Of a stretch of DNA of 64,000 nucleotides, positions 52,024-64,000 are shown piece by piece. The notes beneath the pieces are model-generated. The model saw nothing but the letters and a program-made list of their open reading frames with translations. It had not been told where the DNA came from and did no database searches. Position numbers and translations under genes: made by a program. Each line of letters starts with the position of its first letter. The stretch's first letter is position 1. This DNA is from Eledone cirrhosa (Eukaryota): positions 9,114,001-9,178,000 of the forward strand of contig OZ024742.1 of assembly GCA_964016885.1 (NCBI GenBank), given 5' to 3'.

Positions 52024-52030
<7 letters not shown>
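48496..52030. mobile_element. Large inverted-repeat PLE remnant (family B) with hammerheads at both outer ends
   Basis: 48496-48688 + 49602-50165 are the rc of ~51186-51930; CTGACGA..GAAA at 48545-48595 (minus) and 51832-51883 (plus, GAAA mutated to GAGA). Confidence 0.8.
48689..49601 (-). mobile_element. Non-autonomous Helitron-like element with internal ~37-bp minisatellite
   Basis: 5' TC..3' CTAG on minus strand, subterminal hairpin CCCG..CGGG, inserted between A48688 and T49602 without TSD; repeats at ~49000-49170. Confidence 0.8.
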
Positions 52031-52077
<47 letters not shown>

Positions 52078-52669
52078 TAAATCATGTCCTTAGAATTATT
52101 AGATAAAATATAAACCATTTTCTATCCCAATTAGCATAATTAACCATATAAAAAATCAATTAGACCAGTCTATAAGAATAAAGGCTCCGATGAAGAAATA
52201 TTTCATAGATAATCGAAAGCGGCCTCTTCGCGTGACCCCAATAGAGTATTTACCCAACATTTCAACAGCATGTAGAAACTGACCAAATATACCGTCAACC
52301 ATACACAATTAGGTGTAAATTTAAACTTAGAAGAAACATGTACATACCGTAATTACATCTCTACCATGGTTTCGTCCGTATTTTTAGATATCCTACTGTT
52401 ATGGATAAACCTAGAATAACAGACTAATCGGGAGACAAACTCTGTTGGACAGTTAATTTTTCCAAAGCGATAACGCCAAAAATAGATTTTAAAATGGCTA
52501 AGAATCGTGACGTGGCAGGGGTCAAGTTAGAAAGAATGTGATTAGTTGCCTACGGCGGGTAGGCTGGTTGCTAGAAAGCGCAGCCCAATATCGCCCAATT
52601 GCATCTCAACCCAACGGGAGATTATTAAATATAAAGATTTACATATACATAAATGTATATGTAAATCTT

Positions 52670-52717
<48 letters not shown>

Positions 52718-53216
52718 AGTGAGTGTATGGGTGAGTCAGCAAGTCGGCGAGTATTTGAGGGCGACTGTCTCTCTCTTTCATCTCTCTCTCTCTGTCTCTC
52801 TCTCTGTCTCTCTCTCTATGTCTCTCTCTGTCTCTCTCTGTCTGTCAGGCTCTCTCTGTATGTGTATGCGTTAATATTCATGTAAATGTGTTGTTATGTG
52901 CGCATTAGTCTGTGTATTTGTGGGTGTGCTACTATAGAGCCATTTTAAATGTATTTGTTCACTTGAATCAGAATACACAATAACGTAAATTACATTTACT
53001 TTTAAGCTAAGAATATACTATCATAAAGTCTTTTATTGTTTGGCTTTAAAAAGTCTCTATGGCGCAGCTGAATGAAATTTTCTGTCTCCTGAATACAGCG
53101 TCTGCTCAATAGCACCACCAGTACCACTAATATAATAATATTATTGATTTCTGATAGGGGCACAGGGAACACATACACATACATACACAGACACACACAC
53201 ATACATACACACACAA

Positions 53217-53248
<32 letters not shown>

Positions 53249-53324
53249 GTATACACACACAAACGTGCGCACACACACACATACATACATATATACATAT
53301 ATATATATATTATGTATGTTATAA

Positions 53325-54578
53325 GTAGAAGGGATATTTAATTGTTGGAAATTCAACAAATAAATGTTTATAACTGATTCAGAGCACTCGACAGCTTTTC
53401 TGGTGTAAAGATTCAATAATATTAACTAAATGGAAACTATATTTATAAAACCATATTTATTCTATTATATATATTTCAAGGGTACCAATAACTTTGGTAC
53501 CTTTTTCATCAGATAAAATACAAAGTGTGTTTTATAAATGTTGACATAGCCAAGGAAACATACCGTATCAGTTGAATTTTCCTTGGATAGTGAATTTAAA
53601 GAACGGATTTGTCAAAATTGTTAGGATGAGTATGCAAATGAATATGTAAATGAGGTTGAGTTATATAAAGAAAAAGGAAAAAGGAAAAGGGAAAAAGGAA
53701 AAAGAAAAAGAAGACCATGTATTGTTTATAATATGAGTTAAAACTCGTAACTCATATTATAAAGAACCATCTAAAACTTGAAATACCTATTTATTTATTT
53801 ATCTACATAAAACACAAAAACTCCCTCGTATCTCATATTATAAACAGCTAATAATTGCAAATTATCTCTTTAATAATTGTTTCTACTTTTGGGACAAAGC
53901 CAGCAACTACCCCAGTGTATTACTGGTACTTTATTTTATCGACCGCGTAAGGATAAAAGGCAAAGTCAACCTCGGCGGGATTTGAACTCAGATCGTAAAG
54001 GGACGTAACTATGATGGAAAGCATGGCGTCCGACCGTCTACCAATACTGCCAATCAACCGCCCTTTAATAATAATACATATATAGATATTTATATATTTA
54101 ACCCACTACAATATTGTAATAAGATGAATACTTACAAACATAATTCTCCATATAAATATATACATAATATAGGTAAATATTCAATTTTTTTCCCCAAAAA
54201 TTAGCGTATATAAGTGGTCTTCTTCTTTTTCTTTTTCCTTTTTCCTCTTCTTTTTTCTTTCTTTCTCTCCTACTAATATATCTAAACTTTCCATAGCGTT
54301 TAAAATAACGGTTTTTCAATCATATAACTCAACCTCATTTACATATTCATTTGCATGCTCGTTCTAACAATTTTGAAACATCCGTTCTTTAAATTCACTA
54401 TCCAAGGAAATTTCAACTGATACGGTATGTTTCCTTGGCTATGTCAAAATTTATAAAACATACTTTGTATTTTATCTGGTGAAAACGTACCAAGGTTTTT
54501 GGTACGCTTGAAATATATATAATAGAATAAATATGGTTTTATAAATATAGTTTCCATTTATTTAATATTATTGAATTA
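53325..54578. mobile_element. Inverted-repeat pLTR remnant (family C) with nested SINE
   Basis: Arms ~53412-53720 and ~54215-54578; minus core CTGATGA..GGTACC..GAAA at ~53455-53518, plus copy has CTGGTGA. Confidence 0.75.
53875..54063 (-). mobile_element. SINE copy
   Basis: Full-length rc; TTTAATAAT on both sides. Confidence 0.85.
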
Positions 54579-54679
54579 TATATATATGTTATATATGTTA
54601 TATATGCATACATATATAAATATATGTCTCTGTGTGTATATGTATATATTATATATATACATATATATATATATATATA

Positions 54680-54985
<306 letters not shown>

Positions 54986-55024
54986 TATGTTGATTGTGAA
55001 TTTGGATTTTCGACACGACTTAGT

Positions 55025-55210
55025 ATTGGCAGTATCGGTAGAAGGTCGGAGGCTATGCTTTGCAGCAAAGAGTTACACCCCTTTATAGTCTGAGTTCAAG
55101 TCCCACCGAGATTAACTCTGCCTTTCATCCTTACCGGGTCGATAAAATAAAGTACCAGTAATGCACTGGGATAAATGCTGGCCTTGTGCCAAATGTAGAA
55201 ATAATTATTA
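55025..55210 (+). mobile_element. SINE copy
   Basis: Box A/B, body and tail. Confidence 0.85.
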
Positions 55211-55226
55211 CTAATATATATATATA

Positions 55227-55280
<54 letters not shown>

Positions 55281-55420
55281 GTATGTGTGTGTGTATGTCA
55301 GTGTGTGTGTGTGTCAGTGTGTCAGTGTGTGTATGTCAGTGTGTATGTCAGTGTGTGTGTGTCAGTGTGTGTGTGTCAGTGTGTATGTGTCAATGTGTGT
55401 GTGTGTCAGTGTGGTTGTGT

Positions 55421-55495
<75 letters not shown>

Positions 55496-55529
55496 AGTGT
55501 GTGTCAGTGTGTGTCAGACGTGAGTCTGG

Positions 55530-55875
55530 GGTTAGGGAAGAATCTGTACATTAGTTGAAGCTGAAAGGAAATGATCCTCAGATTTACTCCAGGGAAATTC
55601 CTGAATACAAACTGAAAATGGAATTTTCTTTGTAAAACCAACTTCAGCGGTTCTCTTCTGACTTTCCCTTCTACTCTTCCAGATAATTTATACCCGGGAG
55701 AACTTCATTCCAGTTAGCCAATTCCATGTAGGTCTGTCAGGAATAATACAACATCATCTTGGTCCTATTTACCAAGCCTCTTTGTAATTAATGCTGATCG
55801 ATGACTTGGTATTTCAGAGCTATTGTCATTTAATAGTGTTCCTAATTCCAGCAGGAGAATTTCATATTGATACTT
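55530..55875 (-). mobile_element. Ancient RTE/BovB-type APE endonuclease N-terminal fragment
   Basis: MKFSCWN, RTLLND, RSALITKRLGK, PGYKLSGRVEG, AEVGF in shifting frames. Confidence 0.45.
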
Positions 55876-56993
55876 GACATATATTGGGGGCAATTGCTTG
55901 TGTATCATTTCCATAATACTCACAGCAGCCTACTTATGCAGTCATGACACAGGTGCTTTATTGTAATGTCCAATGGTATATTAGTCAAAATCGCTGCCAG
56001 TCACATGCATGATTGAAGCGGCATTTTACACAATAAACAAAGACTGAAGTTAGACATTACCGTATTATTTATGGTCAACTCCCTCAGGGCTCATATCTCA
56101 TTTAGGGTCTCACACGAAAAAAGAGCAATTGGATCTACAGGAAGCGGTCAATCTCTGCATCACAAAGCATCAAAGTATCTATATATCTATATATATAATT
56201 CTTTGTCTCCCTGTCTGACTGTTTCCTTATGCATTCTCAAACGGCTCGACCAAATCAAATCAAATTTTACAAGGTAATAGTATCATACCCCGAGATTAAC
56301 AACATGTAATATTTATTTTCATTTGGATTAAAACAATATAACATTTTAACTAAAATAATCTTTCTATAGTCAACTATAGTAAATGACATTTTATAAAACC
56401 ATGATGACGACGACGTCATATTCTGTATATGAGTGCGTATGTGTCTGTGAGTGTGTATGTGTCTGTGAGTGTGTGTGTTTGCGCGTTCGTTAGGTACGTT
56501 AGGTCGTAGTAAGTTGCATACAGATTATCTTCACACACAGAGAATTAAACACACACACTCATCTACATAAACATATATTATGTGTGTGAGTGTGTGTGAG
56601 TATATATTTCTGTGACACACACACAAACGACTCTTCAAGGCAGAATAGACTGGCTAAGAGCTGTGTTTTCATAGGATCCATCGAAGAATTATGGAAATGA
56701 TCCTAAATTGGCGATTGGTATGTGTTGCTTAGGAAGACTTCCATTGACAGAGGGCCCTCCAGCCTTTATCCATATATACTACTTACAGACCATACTAACG
56801 AAACTAAACACTTCAGAAGCAATGTCATGCGGTATATTGCTGCGTTTCAGATGACGTCCTTTGGAGCAGAAAAAGATCATATGACTATGGTTATTTCACG
56901 ACATTTAAAACCCAAGGCCAATGCTACAATTTGACTGGCAGTTCACTCACCCAGCCTAATAAGGAAGTTTTATGGTTGTTTTTTTTTATATGT

Positions 56994-57030
<37 letters not shown>

Positions 57031-57063
57031 ACACACACACACACACATACACACACACACACA

Positions 57064-57116
<53 letters not shown>

Positions 57117-57306
57117 GCACACACACACACACACACACACATACACACACATAGACACACATACACACACACACACATTACGGTCTCACCTCATACTGTC
57201 AACAAGGCAACACATCCAATGCAGTCGTTTTCTCTTTTATCCGTCTCCTCTTAACTGTTCTCCCCTGTGAAGCCGGGTATCTCAGCTAATATATATATAT
57301 ATATAT

Positions 57307-58344
57307 AGGGCGGGTAAAATTCTTGAGATCCATGGACGAGTTCTCTCCAGCAGTCTTTGTCCCTCATTATCGCTGCCATGTCCTGCGTCTCGAACAGACC
57401 AGTGTCTGTCTTTAGGGCATCAACATACGTGAACCTTGGTCTTCCTCTTCCAATGTGTCCATGTAGGGGCTCCCACAGGAGCACTGAGTGCGATGTCAAC
57501 TCTGCATGCCGGTGAGCATATCCAGCTAACCTCAGTCTCCTCTGTGTCAATTTTGAGCTGATTTTGGGAGGCTCCCATATAGCTCTGAGTTTTTCATCCT
57601 CAGTGTATACTGATTAATGTTCAGAGCCATCCTCAGCATTCTCGTGTAGCACCCATCCTACATCTGAGTAAGTTTCTTGGTCAGTGTCCAAGTCTCAAAC
57701 CCGTACAGCAGCACTGACCCCACTACATCAATGATGAGGCGGATTTTCCGGTCTCTACGAAGGTCCGACTTCCACACCGATCTCAAGCTGTGGCACGCCG
57801 CCCAGGCTTTGCTCTTCCTCTCAACCACATCATCTTCCGTATTCCCAATCTTTGCTCCCAAATACAGGAAGTCCTCAACCAATTCTAGCGGCTTCCCGCC
57901 TACATTAGTGATCCCCTCTGGCTTCTCAACATTATCTACCAGATATTTTGTTTTAGTCTCATTCATTCTCAACCCCACACTCATCGACACAGTCTCAACC
58001 TCCTGCATCAAATCCTCTGCCTCCTTCACTGTATTTGTCACCAAAACTATGTCGTCGGCAATTTCAGCATCCGATATCTTTTTCGCCTTAACTCTCCTGC
58101 TCTGAACCGGTGCTACAGTAAAGCCAGAGTCTTGGTGTTTCTCCAGTGCAAGGCGCATACAATAGTACACTGCGATGATAAAAAGATAGGGAGCCAATGT
58201 ATCTTCCTGGAGCACTCTAACATGTATTTCAAAGAACTCTGTCATCCCATCTGGTGTAATGACTTGGGCTTTGGTGTTGGTGACCGTCACTGCCTGATGA
58301 AGATCTTACAGGCTTGTGGAATCCCCAAGAAGATAGCGGACCTG

Positions 58345-58346
<2 letters not shown>
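57307..58346 (-). mobile_element. 5'-truncated RTE-clade LINE with short 5' inversion, flanked by (TA)n
   Basis: VLQEDTLAPYLF, IADDI, GLRMNETKTK, DFLYLG, VLLYGFETWTL; plus-strand LMKILQACGIPKKIADLL at ~58293-58346. Confidence 0.88.
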
Positions 58347-58394
<48 letters not shown>

Positions 58395-58797
58395 GGGTGT
58401 GTATGATTGTGTATAGAAGATTATATTAATAAAAGGAATTCCAACTTTGTCTGATTTACTCGTTTTATTTACAATCCTTTAAAACTTATAATGGTATTAG
58501 AATGAAATAGTATGGTAGAATATTAAATGTTAAGTGTTAATTGAACAATTACGTTCATGGTTTCGCAATCTTCAGGTTCATATTCTGTGGCGACAGTCAA
58601 GTTTGCAATGTTCAACTATATATATATACGTGTGCGTGTGTGTGTGTGCATGTGTGCGTGTATGTGTGTGTGTCTGTGTCTCTGTGTGTGCGTGTATATG
58701 GGTATGTGGGTGTCAGAGAAAGAGAGAGAGAGAGAGAGAGAGGCTGTATGCATGTATATATAAATAAATAAATAAATATATATATACACACGCACAC

Positions 58798-58828
<31 letters not shown>

Positions 58829-59159
58829 AATGAAGTAATTCCGTCGGAAAGGTTCAGGAAAAAAGAGTGCTCAATGTAGGTTACAGAGCTTATTAGTTAT
58901 GTAATAAACAACATGAAATAATTATTTAATTTACCAGTGGTTTCTTGAAAGCAAACAAAATTTACTTTCAGTCATCAGAATGAAAAAATCCTGCTGTATT
59001 TATTGACAGTGGATTTTAAAAACAAAAATATAATCTATATGAAAGTGAGGCTGGAAAAGGAAGAAGGAAAGGAAAAAGAACAAATATAAAAGTAGATAAA
59101 CACACATGCACACACACACACACGCACACATATACATACTCACATACATATATATATAA

Positions 59160-63700
<4,541 letters not shown>

Positions 63701-63801
63701 GTAGGTGTGTGTACATATATCTATATATGTGTGTGCGTATGTATGCGTGTATATAGGTGTGTATGTATGTGTGTGTATGTACGTTCGTATATATGTTGGA
63801 T

Positions 63802-63845
<44 letters not shown>

Positions 63846-64000
63846 TGTGTGTGTGTGTTTGTGTATTTATGTGTATGTCTATGTATGGGTATATATATAT
63901 ATATGTATGTGTGTATATATGTGTGTATGTATGTATATATATATATATATATATATATAAGTGTGTGTGGGGGGGGGGTATGTATATATATATGTGCGTG

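Noticed and set aside
52181-52230. Hammerhead CCGATGA..GAAAGCGGCC
   Set aside because: Core is mutated, stem II pairs poorly and there is no clear NUH site; possibly an old remnant

Overview
AT-rich, microsatellite-dense eukaryotic DNA with no host exon I can support. The SINE family and repeat landscape resemble an octopus genome (inference). The window is almost entirely nested mobile elements: two head-to-tail Tx1/L1-clade LINEs in a (TATC)n tract plus a third 5'-truncated copy; Penelope-like elements (PLEs; RT + GIY-YIG with a CxCx5Cx5C linker, Naiad-like); CR1, RTE and R4/Dong fragments; tRNA-derived SINEs; and non-autonomous Helitrons. The standout is a near-identical 12-copy, ~560-bp tandem array with an inverted head copy (~21985-29308). 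Each unit carries a type I hammerhead ribozyme motif and no ORF, which suggests a retrozyme-like, PLE-mobilised element. The array sits inside one arm of a ~14-kb inverted-repeat PLE. Many smaller fold-back insertions in (TA)n carry hammerheads of at least five sequence families, including a U3-A8 core variant. All folds were made by eye, and many element boundaries are approximate.
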